A stretch of 61,193 nucleotides of DNA, the filler included, from Hausera hauseri (Eukaryota), in NCBI GenBank assembly GCA_046269625.1. It is 9 parts of 9 records of this genome, joined end to end, with 100 filler letters (N's around TTAATTAATTAA, not from the genome) between each part and the next. Parts side by side here need not be neighbours in the genome. Positions count along the whole stretch, not along the records: positions 28,775 to 45,362 come from JBJURY010277728.1; positions 45,463 to 49,966 come from JBJURY010550673.1; positions 50,067 to 56,544 come from JBJURY010095987.1; 6 more parts are not named here. One strand, written 5' to 3'. Below are positions 37,701-51,330 of the stretch, in pieces. The position numbers and the translations under genes were made by a program. Under the pieces are notes generated by a model. It saw only the letters and a list, made by a program, of their open reading frames with translations, searched no databases and was not told the DNA's origin. Positions within the stretch are counted from its first letter, which is position 1; each line of letters starts with the position of its first letter.

Positions 37701-40700
37701 GTGACCTGGTCGTGGTTCAACTAAGCCCAAACCCATTTTGTTCAAATCTTGGTTGTGAACAAAGTGACCTGCTTGTGGTTTCACTATTCCCACCTCCTTT
37801 TTGTTTTAATTTATGTTGTCAACAAAGTGGACTTGTCGTTGTTTTACTGTTCCTACCTCCTATTGTTCAAATTTTTGTTGTGAACAAAGTGATCTTCACA
37901 TGGTTTCACTATTCGCAACTTACTTAATTTTGGTGTAATGAAATTGGTCCAAGATTTTAAGACTGAGCAAAGCATTTTTTGATCTGCTTATGGTTTCACT
38001 ATTCCCACCCCCTTTTTGTTTAAATTTTGCTTCTGAACAAAGTGATCTTTTCGTGGTTTAACTATTCCCACACCCTTTTTGTTTAAATTTTGTTTTTAAA
38101 CAAAGTGATCTTTTCCTTGTTTCACTATTCCCACACTTTTTTGTTTATATTTTTGTTGTGAACAACGTGAACTGCTCGTGGTTTCACTATTTTCACCCCC
38201 TATTCTTTATATTTTTGGTTGCTAACAAAGTGATCTGGTCGTAGTTTTACTATTCCCACCCCATTTTTGTTTAAATTTTGGTTATGAAAAAAGTGACCTG
38301 GTCGTGGTTTCACTATTCCCACTCACTTTTTGTTTCTATCTTGGATGTGAGCAATATTATCTGGTCATGGTTTCACTATTTCCAGCCCCCTTTTGTTCAA
38401 ATTTTGGTTGTGAACAAAGTGACCTAGTCGTGGTTTCACTATTCCCACTCCTTTTCTGTTTATATTTTGGATGTGAGAAATGTTATCTGGTAGTGTTTTC
38501 ACTATTCCCACACCCTATTCTTTACATTTTTGGTTGTTAACCAAGTGATCTAATCGTAATTTCACTATTCCCACCCACTTTTTGTTTAAATTTTGGTTGC
38601 GAACAAAGTGATCCTCACAAGGTTTCACCATTCCCACCCCCACTTAATTTTGCTGTTATCTGATTGGTCTGAGATTTTGACACTGAACAAATGATTTTTT
38701 GATCTGCTTATGGTTTCACTATTCCCACCCCTTTTTGTTTAAATTTTGTTTCTAAACAAAGTGATCTTATCTTTGTTTCACTATTCCCACACCCTTTTGT
38801 TTATATTTTTGTTGTGAACAACGTGAACTGCTCGTGGTTTTACTATTCCCACCTTCTTTTTGTTCAAATTTTGATTGTGAACAAAGTGATATTGTCGTGG
38901 TTTCACTATTCTCACCCCCTTTTGTTCATATATTTCTTTGTAAACAAATTGATGTTGTCATGGTTTCACTATTCCCACCCCATTTTTCTTCAAATTTTGG
39001 TTGTAAACAAAGTGATACTGTCATAGTTTCAGTATTCCCAACCCACGTAATTTTCGTCTGATCTGATTGTTCAGAGATTTTGACACTAAGCAAAGCATTT
39101 TGTGATTTGCTACTGGTTTCACAATTCCCATCCCCTTTTTCTTTAAATTTTGGTTCTGAACAAAGTAATCTGGTCGTGGTTTTACTATTCCCATCCCTTT
39201 TTTATTATATTTTGCTTGTGAACAAACTGATCTGTTCGTGGTTTCACTATTTTTATCCCCTTTTTCTTTAAATTTTGGTTGCAAACAAAGTAATCTTGTC
39301 GTGGTTTCACTAGTCCCATCCCCTTTTTTTAAATTTTGGTTGAGAACAAAGTGTACTTGCGTGGTTTCACTGTTCCTACCTCCTATTGTTCCAATTGTTG
39401 TTGTAAACAAAGTAATCTTTACATGGTTTCACTATCCGCACCCCACTTAATTTTGGTGTAATCAAATTGGTAGGAGATTTTAACACTGAACAAAGCATTT
39501 TCTGATCTGCGTATGATTTCACTATTCCCACCGCCTTTTTGTTTAAATTTTGCTTGTGAGCAAAGTGATCTTTTCGTGGTTTAACTAGTCCCATTCCCAT
39601 TTTGATTAATTTTGTTTGTAAAGAAAGTGATCTTGTCATGTTTTCACTATTACCACCCCCTTTTTCTTTAAATTTTCATTGTGAACAAAGCGATCGGGTC
39701 GTGGTTTCACAATTCCCACCCCCTTTTTGCTTAAATTTTTGTTCTGAAAAAAGTGATCCAGTCGTAGTTTCACTATTCCCATTTCCTTTTTCTTTAAGGT
39801 TTGTTTGTGAGTAATGTGATCTGGTTGCGCTTTCACTATTGCCATCCCACTTTTGTTTAAATTTTGTTTTTGAACAAAGTGAACTGCACAAGGTTTCACT
39901 ATTTCCACCCCACTTAATTTTGGTGTAATCTGATTTGTCGGAAATTTTGACACTAAACAAATGATTTTCTGATCTGCTCGTGGTTTCATTTTCCCACCCC
40001 TTTTTTGTACATATGTTGGTTGTAAACAAAGTAATCTTGTCGAGGTTTCACTATTCTCACCCCGTTTTACTTATATTTTTGATTGTGAACAAAGTGGTCT
40101 CGTCGTGGTTTCACTATTCCCACCCCCTTTTTGTTTAAATTTTGGTTGCGAACAAAGTGATATTTACGTGGTTTCACTATTCTCACCCCCCTTGAGTTTA
40201 ATTTTGGAAGGGAACTTAGTGATCTTGTCGTGTTTTCACTATTTCCTCCTTTCTTGTTTAAATTTTCATTGTAAACAAAGTGATCTGGTCGTGGTTTCAC
40301 TATTCCCCCCCTTTTTGTTCACATTTTGGTTGTGAACAAAGTGATATTGTTGTTGTTTCACTATCACCACCCCGTTTTGCTTATATTTTTGGTTGTGAAC
40401 AAAGTAGTCTCGTCGTGTTTACACTGTTGCCATCGCCCTTCTTGTTTAAATTTCTATTGTGAACAAAGGGATCTGCTACTGGTTTCACAATTCCCACCCC
40501 CTTTTTGTTTAAATTTTGGTTGTGAACAAAGTGATCTTTTCATGGTTTCACTAGACCCACCCCATTTTGTTTATATTTTTGGTTGTGAACAAAGTGAACT
40601 GGTCGTGGTTTCACTATTCCCACACCCTTTTTGTTCAAATTTCGGTTGTGAACAAAGTGATCTTGTCGTGGCTTCACTATTCCCACTCCCTTTTTGTTCA

Positions 40701-43700
40701 AATTTCGGTTGTGAACAAAGTGACCTGGTCATGGAATCACTATTCCCACCCAACTTAATTTTGGTGTAATCTGTATGGCCGAAGATTTTGACACTGAGCA
40801 AAGCATTTTTTGATCTACTCTTGGTTTAACTATTTCCAACCCCTTTTCCTTTAAATTCTGGTTGTGATCAAAGTGATGTAGTCGTGGTTTCATTATTCCC
40901 GCCCCCTTTATGTTAAATTTTGTTTCTAAACAAAGTGATCTTTTCCTTGTTTCACTGTTCCCACACTTTTTTGTTTATATTTTTGGTTGTGAACAACGTG
41001 AACTGCTCGTGGTTTCACTATCCACACCCCCTTTTTGTTCAAATTTTGGCTGAGAAAAAAGTTATCCAGTTGTAGTTTCACTATTCCCACGCCGTTTTAC
41101 TTATATTTTTGACTGTGAACAAAGTGGTCCGGTCGTGGTTTCACTATTCTCACCCGCCCTTTTGTTTAAATTTTGGGTGCGAACAAAGTGACCTTGTCGT
41201 GGTTTCACTATTCACATCCCATTTGTTTAAGTTTTCGTCGTGAACAAACTGATCTGGTTGAGGTTTCACTATTCCTACGCTATTTTTGTTTAAATTTTTG
41301 TTGTGAACGAAATGATCTTGTTGTTGTTTCACTATTACCACCCCGTTTTACTTATATTTTTGTTTGTAAACAAAGTAGTCTCGTCATGTTTTTACCATTG
41401 CCATCGCCCTTATTGTTTAAATTTTCATTGTGAACAAAGTGATCTGGTAATGGTTTCACTATTACCACCCACTTTTCGTTTAAGTTTTGGTTGTGAACAA
41501 TGTGATCTAGATGTGGTTTCACTGTTTCCACCCCTTTTTGTCTGTATTATGGTTGTGTACAAAGTGATCTCCTCATGGTTTCACTATTCCCACCACACTT
41601 AATTTTGGTGTCACCTGATTGGTCGGAGATTTTGACACTGAACATCACTTTTTGGCGCAGAGTGGGTTTCACTATTCCCATTCCCTTTTTGTTTTACGTT
41701 TTCCTTGTGAACAAAGTGATATTGTCGTGGTTTCAATATTCCCACCCGAAATTTGTTTAAATTTTCGTTGTAAACAAAGTAATCTGGTAGTGGTTTCACT
41801 AATCCCACACCCCTTTTGTTCAAATTTTGTTTGCGAACAAAGTGACCTGGACGTGGTTTCACTATTCCAACCCCTTTTTTTAAATTTTGGTTGTGAACAA
41901 AGTAATTTCGTCGTGGTGTCATTATTTCCGCACCCTTTTGTTCAAATTTGGGTTGTTATCAAAGTGATGTCGTCGTGGTTTCAATATTCCGACCCCCTGT
42001 TTGTTTAAATTTTGGTTCTGATCAAAGTGATCTTGTCGTGGTTTTATTACTCCCGCATATTTTTGTATAAATTTTGGTAATGAACAAAGTGATCTGTTCA
42101 TGGTTTTACTATTCCCACCCCTTTTGGTTCAAATATTGGTTGTAAACAAAGTGATCTTTTCGTGGTTTCAATATTCCTACCCCATTTTCGTTTAAATTCT
42201 GGTTGTGAACAAAGTGATCTTGTCATGTTTTCACTATCCCCCCCCTTCTTGTTTAAATTTTGCTTCTGAACAAAGTGATCTTTTCCTGGTTTCACTATTC
42301 CCACCCCCTTTTGTTTATATTTGTGGTTGTGAACAAATTCATCTGGTTGTGGTTTCACTATTCCCACCCTCTTTTTGTTTGAATTTTGGTTGTGAACAAA
42401 GTGATCTTGTCGTGGTTACACTATTCTCACCCCCTTTTGTTTAAATTTTGGTTGTGAACAAAGTGATTTTGTCATGGTTTTAGTATTTTCAACCCACGTA
42501 ATTTTCGTGTGATCTGATTGGTCGGAGATTTTGACACTAAACAAACGATTATCTGATCTGCTTATGGTTTCACTATTCCCACCCCCTTTTTGTTTAAATT
42601 TTGGTTCTGAACAAAGTGATCTTTTCCTGGTTGCACTATTCCCACCCCTTTTTTGTTCAAATTTTGGTTGTGAACAAAGAGATTTAGTCGTCGTTTCACT
42701 ATTCCCACCCTCTCTTTGTTTAAGTTATGTTTCTGAACAAAGTGATCTGGTCGGTATTTCACAACTTCCACACCCATTTTGTTCAAATTTTGGTTGTGAA
42801 GAAAGTAATCTTTTCATGGTTTCACTATTCCCATCCCACTTAATTTTCGTTTGGTTTAATTGGGGAGAGATTTTGACACTGATCAAATCATTTTATGATC
42901 TGGTCGTGGTTTCACTATTACCATTTCCCTTTTGCTCAAATTTTGTTTCTGAACAAAGTGATCTGTTCGTGCTTTCAACATTTCCACCCCTTCTTGTTCA
43001 AAGTTTAGTTGTGAAAAAAGTGATCTTGTCATAGTTTCACTATTCCCAACCCACTTAATTTTCGTGTGATCTTATTAGTCATAGATTTTGACGCTAAACG
43101 AAGCATTTTCTGATGTGCTCGTGGTTTCACTATTCCTACCCCCTTTTCCTTTAAGTTTTGGTTGTGAACAAAGTGATCTGGTCGTGGTATCACTATTCCC
43201 ACCCCATTTTTGTTTAAATTTTGGTAGTGTTCAAATTGAGCTGGTCGTGGTTGCACTATTCCCACCCGCACTTTGTTTAAATTTTGGTTGTAAACAAATG
43301 GATTTCGTCGTGATATCACTATTCCCACCCACTTTTGTTCAAATTTTGGTTGTGAACAAAGGTATCTGGTCATTGATTCACTATTCCCACCCCACTTAAT
43401 TTTGGTGTAATCTGTTTGGCCGGAGATTTTGACACTGAGTAAACCATTTTCTGATCTGCTAGTGGTTTCACTATTCCCACCCCACTTCATATTGGTGTAA
43501 TCTGATTGATCGGAGGCTTTGAAACTGAAAAAAAGCATTTTCGGATCTGTTCGTGGTTTTACTATTTCCACTCCCTTTTTGTTTATATTTTGGTTGCGAA
43601 CAAAGCGATCTGATCATGATTTCACCATTCCCACCCCATTTAATTTTGCTGCAATCTGATTGGTCGGAGATTTTGACACTGAACAAAGCACATTTTGGAG

Positions 43701-45362
43701 CAAAGTGGATTTCACTATTCCCACCCAATTTTGTGTAAGGTTTGGTTGTGACCAAAGTGATCTCGTCATGGTTTCACTATTCCCACCCTCTAATTGTTCA
43801 AATTTTGGTTTTGAAGAAAGTGATCTGGTCCTGGTTTCACTATTCCCACCCCCTTTTTGTATATATTTTTGGTGTGAAGAAAGTGATCTAATCCTGGTTC
43901 CACTGTTCACACCCCATTTAATTTTGGTGTAATCTGTTTGGCCGGAGATTTTGACACTGAACAAAGCATTTATCCATCCGTTCGAGGTTTCACTCTTCCC
44001 ACCTCCTCTTTGTTTAAATTTTGGTTGTAAACAAAGTGATCTGATCATGATTTCACCATTTCCACCCCATATAATTTTGGTGCAATCTGATTGGTCCGAG
44101 ATTTTGACACTGAACAAAGCATATTTTGGAGCAAAGTGGATTTTACTATTCCCACCCAACTTTGTGTAAAGTTTGGTTGTGAACAAAGTGATCTCGTCAT
44201 GGTTTCACTATTCCCACCCTCTAGTTGTTCAAATTTTGGTTTTGAAGAAAGTGATCTCGTCCTGGTTTCACTATTCCCACCCCCTTTTTGTATATATTTT
44301 CGGTGTGAAGAAAGTGATCTGGTCCTGGTTTCACTGTTCACGCCCCATTTAATTTTGGTGTAATCTGTTTGGCCGGAGATTTTGACACTGAGCAAATCAT
44401 TTTCTGACCTGCTCTTGGTTTCACTATTTCCACTTCCTTTTTCTTTAAATTTTGGTTGTGAACAAAGTAATTTTGTCGTGGTGTAAGTAATCTCAGCCCC
44501 TTTTTGTTCAAATTTCGGTTGTGAACAAAATCACTTTGTCATGATTTCACTATTCCCACCCCCTTTTTTGTTTAAATTGTGGTTGTGTGCAATATCATCT
44601 GGTCGTGATTTCACTATTCTCACCCCCTTTTATGTAAATTTTGGTTGTGAACAAAGTGATCTGGTCATGGATTCACTGTTCCCACACCTTTTTCTTCAAA
44701 TTTTGGTTGTGAACAAAGTAATTTTGTCGTGGTTTCACTATTCCCACCACACTACATTTTGGTGTAATCTGATTGGTCTGAGATTTTGTCAGTGAACAAA
44801 GCATTTTCATATCTGTTCGTGGTTTCACTATTCCCACCTCCATTTTGTTTATATTTTGGTTGTGACCAAAGTGATCTGCTTATAGTTTCACTACTTCCAC
44901 CCACATTTTTGTTAAATTTTGGTTGTGAACAAAGTGATCTGGTCGTGGATTCACTGTTCCCACACCAGGTAATTTTGGTGTACTCTGATTGGTCGGAAAT
45001 TTTGACACTGAACAAAACACTTTTCGGCGCAGTGTGGGTTTCACTATTCCCATCCGTTTTTGTATAAATTTTTTTTGTGAACAAAGTGATCTGCATGTGG
45101 TTTCACTGCTCCTACCTCCTGTTTGTCCAAATTTTGGTTGTTGACAAAGTGATCTGGTCATGGTTTCACTGTTCCCACACCAGGTAATTTTGGTGTACTC
45201 TAATTGGTCGGAAATTTTGACACTGAACAAAACACTTTTCGGCGCAATGTGGGTTTTACTATTCCCACCCGTTTTTGTATAAATTTTTTTTGTGAACAAA
45301 GTGATCTGGTCGTGGTTTCACTATTCCCACCCCCTTATTGTTTATATTTTTGGTTTGCACAA
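28775..45362. repeat. Satellite array: about 63-bp monomer interspersed with an about 90-bp variant monomer
   Basis: Consensus GTGGTTTCACTATTCCCACCCCCTTTTTGTTTAAATTTTGGTTGTGAACAAAGTGATCTGGTC fills the whole contig; variant carries CACTTAATTTTGGTGTAATCTGATTGGTCGGAGATTTTGACACTGAACAAAGCATTTT. Confidence 0.97.
32924..40040. repeat. Near-identical higher-order duplication inside the satellite (about 32924-35915 repeated at about 37052-40040, offset 4128)
   Basis: Identical ORF translations at 33083/37211, 33299/37427, 34893/39021 and 35474/39602. Confidence 0.92.
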
Positions 45363-45806
45363 NNNNNNNNNNNNNNNNNNNNNNNNNNNNNNNNNNNNNN
45401 NNNNNNTTAATTAATTAANNNNNNNNNNNNNNNNNNNNNNNNNNNNNNNNNNNNNNNNNNNNTCTAAATCTCAAAACAATATTGCTTTAAAGAAAATTAA
45501 CCTCTCCAATTTCAAGAAGGCAGTCAGCATCAACAGGGAACACCCCATAGTTGACATCAGCGTCTGAATATTTCTGTTTTTTAATGTAAGTATTATTGAG
45601 GTATCTGAAAAAAAAAACACCTTTTGATTCTCCTTTTGATTTCTTCCAAGTCTAGTGATATTTTTTCTCCTCATTTATTTATTTGCTTTTCACTATTTGT
45701 TTATACACTGCTATTCCGTCCAGATTAAATATATCTGTTTTAAAATGTTCATCATCTGCACATTATTGTGTAAAGTCAAGGAAAGTATACCCATGCGCAT
45801 TTTTCC

Positions 45807-48800
45807 TTGCATCATGAAATACATCAACTAAATTGCCACAATGTTATGAAAAAGTACTTTGGCCATACGTACAACAGGGTTCAATATTATACATGCCCTA
45901 CATGTGACGTAGTGTGCCAAATCAATTATGAATACTTTTACTATGTCCATAAACAGGATTTAATTTTCTTCATCAAGTCGAAAAAACAAATATTCAGTAC
46001 CAATATGTCAATAATGACTTCCATGCCAAAGGAAAATAGAGGGTGCAGTTCATATGTGTATTGCACGTGTGTAATATACAACCCTCAGAATTGCCACAAT
46101 GCCATGAGGAGCTATTATGGACATAAATTTATCAGCATCATTAATTATATCTGTCCAGGATGTGAGCCTGTATGTAATAAAGAATACATACAGTTTTATG
46201 AAGAACACAGACATCATTTGACTGACTTTGCATCAAAGTCAAAGAAGACCATCTTTAATGAACATAAGCCAGTTGCACAGCCTGCAGTATCACGGCCTAT
46301 AGTACCATGGCCTGTAGCATCACAGCCTGCAGTACCACAGCCTGCGGTATCACAGCCTGTAGTACAGCCAGATGCAGGACTAAAACGCGCATCGGACGCA
46401 TCAGGCGCATCAGGTGTACCGCCTCCATCAAAGAGTCAAAGACTGCGGCCAGTTGATGCTGCGGCATTAAAGAAAAAATGCTGCAAATATTCCATTGATT
46501 CAACTAGTCAAACAACCATCAAGGAGTTACTGGAGTACACAGAGGAAGAAACAAAGGGGATTCTTCAGGACAACATAGCTGAGCTCAAGGCCATTAAGGA
46601 TAATATGAAACCTGAGGCCACGTGCGTCAATGTTGATGGAGAAGAGTCCAAAAGGGCCTTCAACACCAGAAATAGATCCATTTTTGAAGCCACCAATATA
46701 GTAGAATGGCTGCATGAAGAGCATACAAAGCTGATCCGTGAAGCTAATGAAAGTCAGGATAAGAAGAGCGGATGGACTCTGGCAACCACCGAGAGATTAC
46801 TTGTGTATGTTCACAAGTCTTCTCCAATGCGAGGCGGTACTTATATTCAGCTTCAGAAATGGATCACTAGTAAAAAAGCATGCGTCAATGTCCATAATAA
46901 TGACAACATATGTTTCGTGTATGCCATTCTATCAAAACTCGTACTGAATCAAAAACATGCAGCAGATCGAGTTTGGCTATATAATGATCTGAAGCATAAC
47001 TATGACTTCCAATGTATCATATTTTCTCCATCTTTAGATGAAATTAAGAAGTTTAGCCGAATCAACAATATATCCATCAACATAATTGGATTGGATGAGG
47101 ATGACAAATTTTATCCCCTGCAGATATATGATACTGAATTGGAAGATCATAGGGATCTGCTGGTACTATATGATGGAGAAAAGAAACATTTTGTTTGGAT
47201 CAAGAATTTTGAGCGTCTAGTCAGATCCCAAATTACGAATTATCATGGACAAATAGAATTATGTAAAAGATGTCTGTCTCGTTTTAGTAGTGATACAGTA
47301 TAGGACAAGCTTGCAAAGCACAAAATGTACTGCAACAACAATTACTGTGTAAGACCAAAATTTCCCAAGGAGGACTATATTGAATTCAAGGAGTTCGAAA
47401 AAAAGATCAAGGTCCCAATAGTTATCCATTTCGACTTCGAAGCTATTCCCGGCCAATTTACAGATGCACTCCCATTCCTCAACATAGCAGCACAACGGCA
47501 TACCAATATCATGAACTATCATGGTGTTGCATGTATGCTAAAGGACTGGTAAGTGAACCATTTCTATTCAGGGGTCCAGGCGCAGCAGCACATTTCATGA
47601 AACGACTTGAAGACACAGCTCATGAGCTTGAAAACATGCTTCATCAGGATAAGGGTAATATAAGCATGTCGTGGAAACAAGCTGAAGAATGGCGCACTGC
47701 AACAACATGTTATTTGTGCGACAAGTCTTTTACCAACGAAAATCATAAAGTCAAGGATTATTGCAATTTTACAAGCAAATATCCAGGAGCAGCATGCAAC
47801 AACTGCAATCTACGCTGCAAAACATGTACATACATGTGCCTGTAGTATTCCACAATCTCAGTGGCTATGATTCCCACATCATTGTTCGGGAACTGGGTAA
47901 TATCGATTCTTAGACAGCTTTCGCTTCATGAGTTCGTCACTGGATAGTTTAGTGAAGAACCTTCCTGCAGAAGAACTCAAGGAGATGAAGCTGTTCTTCC
48001 CCACTGCATTTGACCTCCTCAAAAGAAAAGGCGTGTTTCCTTATCACTACATAACCTCATGAGAAACAGTGGATGAAACCTCATTGCCGGACAAGAAGGC
48101 CTTTTACAGTATCCTCCCTGATTGCGATATCAGAGATACTGATTACCAGCATGCCCAGAATATCTGGCATGCATTGCAATGCAGAACAGTAAGGGAATAC
48201 AGAGACATATACCTCAAGACAGACGTTCTGCTGCTCACAGATGTCTTTGAGAGTTTAGTGATGTTACAATGAAGAGCTATGCGTTGGATCCGGCTCATTT
48301 TTACGGCTCCAGGGATGAGTTGGGCAACTATGCTGAGATATACCGGAATAAGGCTGCAGATCATTAAGGATTGCGACATGATCCTTATGACCGAGAGAGG
48401 CATTAGAGGCGAAATATGCCAGGAAATTCATCGGTATACCGAGGCCAACAACAAGTATATGGCCCAGTATGATCCATTCAAGGAATCCTCATATACATCA
48501 TACCTTGATGCCAACAACTTGTATGAATATACAGTGAGCGCCCCATTGCCGTACGATAACTTCAAATTGGTCGAGAATCCTGAAGACATTCCTATATTTG
48601 ATCTGAATCCCGCTGGGGATACGGGGTACATACTGGAGGTGGATATGGAATATCCTGCTTCCATCCACGCAAGTCATCAACAGCTGCCTTTCCTCCCTGA
48701 GAGCAGGTTTCCGCCCCATGGAAAGCATAAAGAAGCTGCTCTGTCAACTGGGTAATAGGGCGAGGTATGTAGTTCACTACAGCAATCACCAGCAAGCAGT

Positions 48801-49741
48801 TAGATATGAACTCCGCATAAAAAAGATCCATAAAGCCCTCCAGTTCAGTCAGTCCATGTGGCTGCAACCCTACATAGATCTCAATACCAAGGTGCAGCAA
48901 ATGCCAAAACGATTTTGAGAATGACCAGCTCAAGCTTTACAACAACTCGGTCTTTGGCAAGGCGATGGAGAATATCCGGAACAGGATCAACATGGAACTG
49001 GTATGTGACTGGAGGCGAGCAGAGAAGCTTATTTCCGAGCCGAACTTCCACAGCAGCATCATATATGCTGAGAACTTGGTCAGAATTCATATGCTGAAGA
49101 CATCCTTGGTATTCAACAAGTCCATATATGTGGATATGGCAATCCTTGACCTGTCCAAGACCCTGATTTATCATTTCCACTACGGCATCATGGTCCCCAA
49201 GTTTAAGTAAGTGCAGCTGATGTATATGGATACTGGTAGTATCATCTATCAGATCCATACTGAGGACATTTATGAGGACTTTGCCCAGTTGGCAGAGAAT
49301 ATGGATACCTCGGACTATCCAAAGGATCATCCCAACTATTTAATTGCCAACAAAAAGGTCCTTGGGAAATTCAAAAACTAGGTAAATGGAGCAGTCATAT
49401 CAAGATTTGTATCTCTCAGATCTAAAATGTATGCTCTAGACGTATGTAGCCAAGTAAAAAAGCGGGAAAAAGGGATTCAAAGGGCTACCTTAGCCAAGAA
49501 GATCAGTTTTGAAGACTATGTGACAGTTCTGCATGAGCAGACTCATATTATTTCAGAAATTCGAAGGATCCAATCTAGGAATCACAACATCCATACAATA
49601 TTTCTGTATAAGAAAAGTTTAGATTGGATGAATGACAAGAATAAGATCCTGAACGATGGAATCTATACAATACCTCACGGACACGTGGCATTGGAAATAT
49701 TGTTATTCATTGTTATTCTTTGTTTACTAAATGTTGTATAA
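45807..49741 (+). pseudogene. Polinton/Maverick- or adintovirus-type protein-primed family B DNA polymerase with an endonuclease VII-like insert, decayed
   Basis: GGTYIQL..KKACVNVHNNDNICF; HFDFEA; CYLC..KVKDYCNFTSKYPGAACNNCNL; FHNLSGYDSH; KGVFPY; YLKTDVLLLTDVFE; YLDANNLY; KLYNNSVFGKAMEN; YMDTGS; many stops and frameshifts. Confidence 0.92.
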
Positions 49742-50066
49742 AAATATCGTGTTGTCTTCTTGATCAAGTGCTAGGATCTCTTAATTACCAAGAAATTTGA
49801 ATTAAAAAAAATCAAAAAATCGATCAGAATCCCAAACTGACGTTTTTGAATTTGAAACCTGTGAGAGAAATAACCATTTCCCCAATCAAAAAAATCCCAA
49901 AAAGTAAAAATCAAAAACGAGCCTGAAGAGCAAGAATCCAGCTACACAAATTCGAAAACCGCATTANNNNNNNNNNNNNNNNNNNNNNNNNNNNNNNNNN
50001 NNNNNNNNNNTTAATTAATTAANNNNNNNNNNNNNNNNNNNNNNNNNNNNNNNNNNNNNNNNNNNN

Positions 50067-51330
50067 TTAATTCCCGTTTTTTGTCATCTTCATTGTACCT
50101 TATGTGGCGATATTGATCAATTGCTGGTAGCGTTCTTATAGCAACAATCTTTGAACTATCTGAAATCTCTATCCTAACTAAGTAATTTGTATTCGGTCTT
50201 AGTTTGTTGCAAAAATTCCGTTTATTTGTTTCATATATAACAACTTTTTTATGAGATTCTGTACAAGTTATTATTATATCTTGTTCATTTATTGTGTTTT
50301 GTAATATTATTTCAATGTGATTTATATAGGGCTTTAGTTTAAATTTAATATGGAAGTCTTTCATCCATTTTACATAAAATGCATGTTTATGTAATTTGTG
50401 TTTCTGCATTTTAATCTGGTTTTGTGGGTTAGGCTGAACTGTTGATTTTCGATCTCTATCTCTGTTTCTGTTTCTATCTTGTTCTCCCCTATCCTTAATG
50501 GTGGGTGTAGTCCATAGTGTTGACGTTATCGTCTTTTTTTCTAAAGGTGGTGAGGTGAAACGTGGCTTAGCAAAAGCCGGAATAGGTATGTTGGGTTTAG
50601 CTGCGAAAAGAATAGGAATATGATAAGAATGCACTCTAATATATTGTTTATTTTCCATTGTTTGATATGCCTCTAAACGGATTCTGTACCAGACATATGA
50701 ATATTGTGCAGCATGAACGAGTATCATTCCGCTCAAGATAACAATAATGTGGTTGTTTTATAAATGTAGAGATTGGATTAAGCCACATGCTGATTTCAAA
50801 TTCGATGGGTAATAATTGTGTGATGCGGAAATTCATACAAGGTGGTTGTCTTGTGAGATCGATACTGGAAAATTCAATATCAGGCTTTAGGAAATGAGCG
50901 GTAAAAGGATTGCGCGAAAATACATCAGAGGTTTTCAAGAAATTCATCTCCTGATAAGTAAGAACGCGAAAAATCATATTTGGTTCAAAATCTTTGGCAT
51001 CGGTGTTATTCACTTTCAGTATTACATAGTATGTATATGTCGTATCATAACTGACAGAGCAGCAGATTTTATTGTGTTTCAAAAATTGTGCAAACTGAGG
51101 AAACGTTTTACTGTGATATAAAGACAAAATTTACTTTATGGTACAGTGGTAAAGGTAAATGAGTCCGAAGGCAAATAATGGGTTTATTTGTATCAATGTT
51201 GATAATAGTGGTGTGTTCTACCCAATCAGTAAATGGTATTACTGTAGTATTGGTTTTGTAGCTGTTACCGGTATTACGAAAGCTAGAAAAAAGAAGAAAA
51301 TGATAGCCAAACCACGACTCGGAATGGGAC
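50067..51330 (-). pseudogene. Extra ORF after integrase: hydrophobic signal/TM-like segment and two fibronectin type III-like segments
   Basis: GLAIIFFFFLAFVIPVTA in the integrase-tail frame; PPCMNFRITQ..FEISMW..WYRIRLEAY; AFYVKW..LRPNTNYLVRIE..IRTLP. Confidence 0.5.

Noticed and set aside
28775-45362. CRISPR-like array (GTTTCAC.. repeats at regular spacing)
   Set aside because: The intervening sequences are themselves repeats rather than unique spacers; no cas genes; eukaryotic context
29041-45410. Dozens of ORFs in the satellite as real genes
   Set aside because: They arise on both strands and in several frames from a stop-poor 63-bp unit and are broken at random by indels
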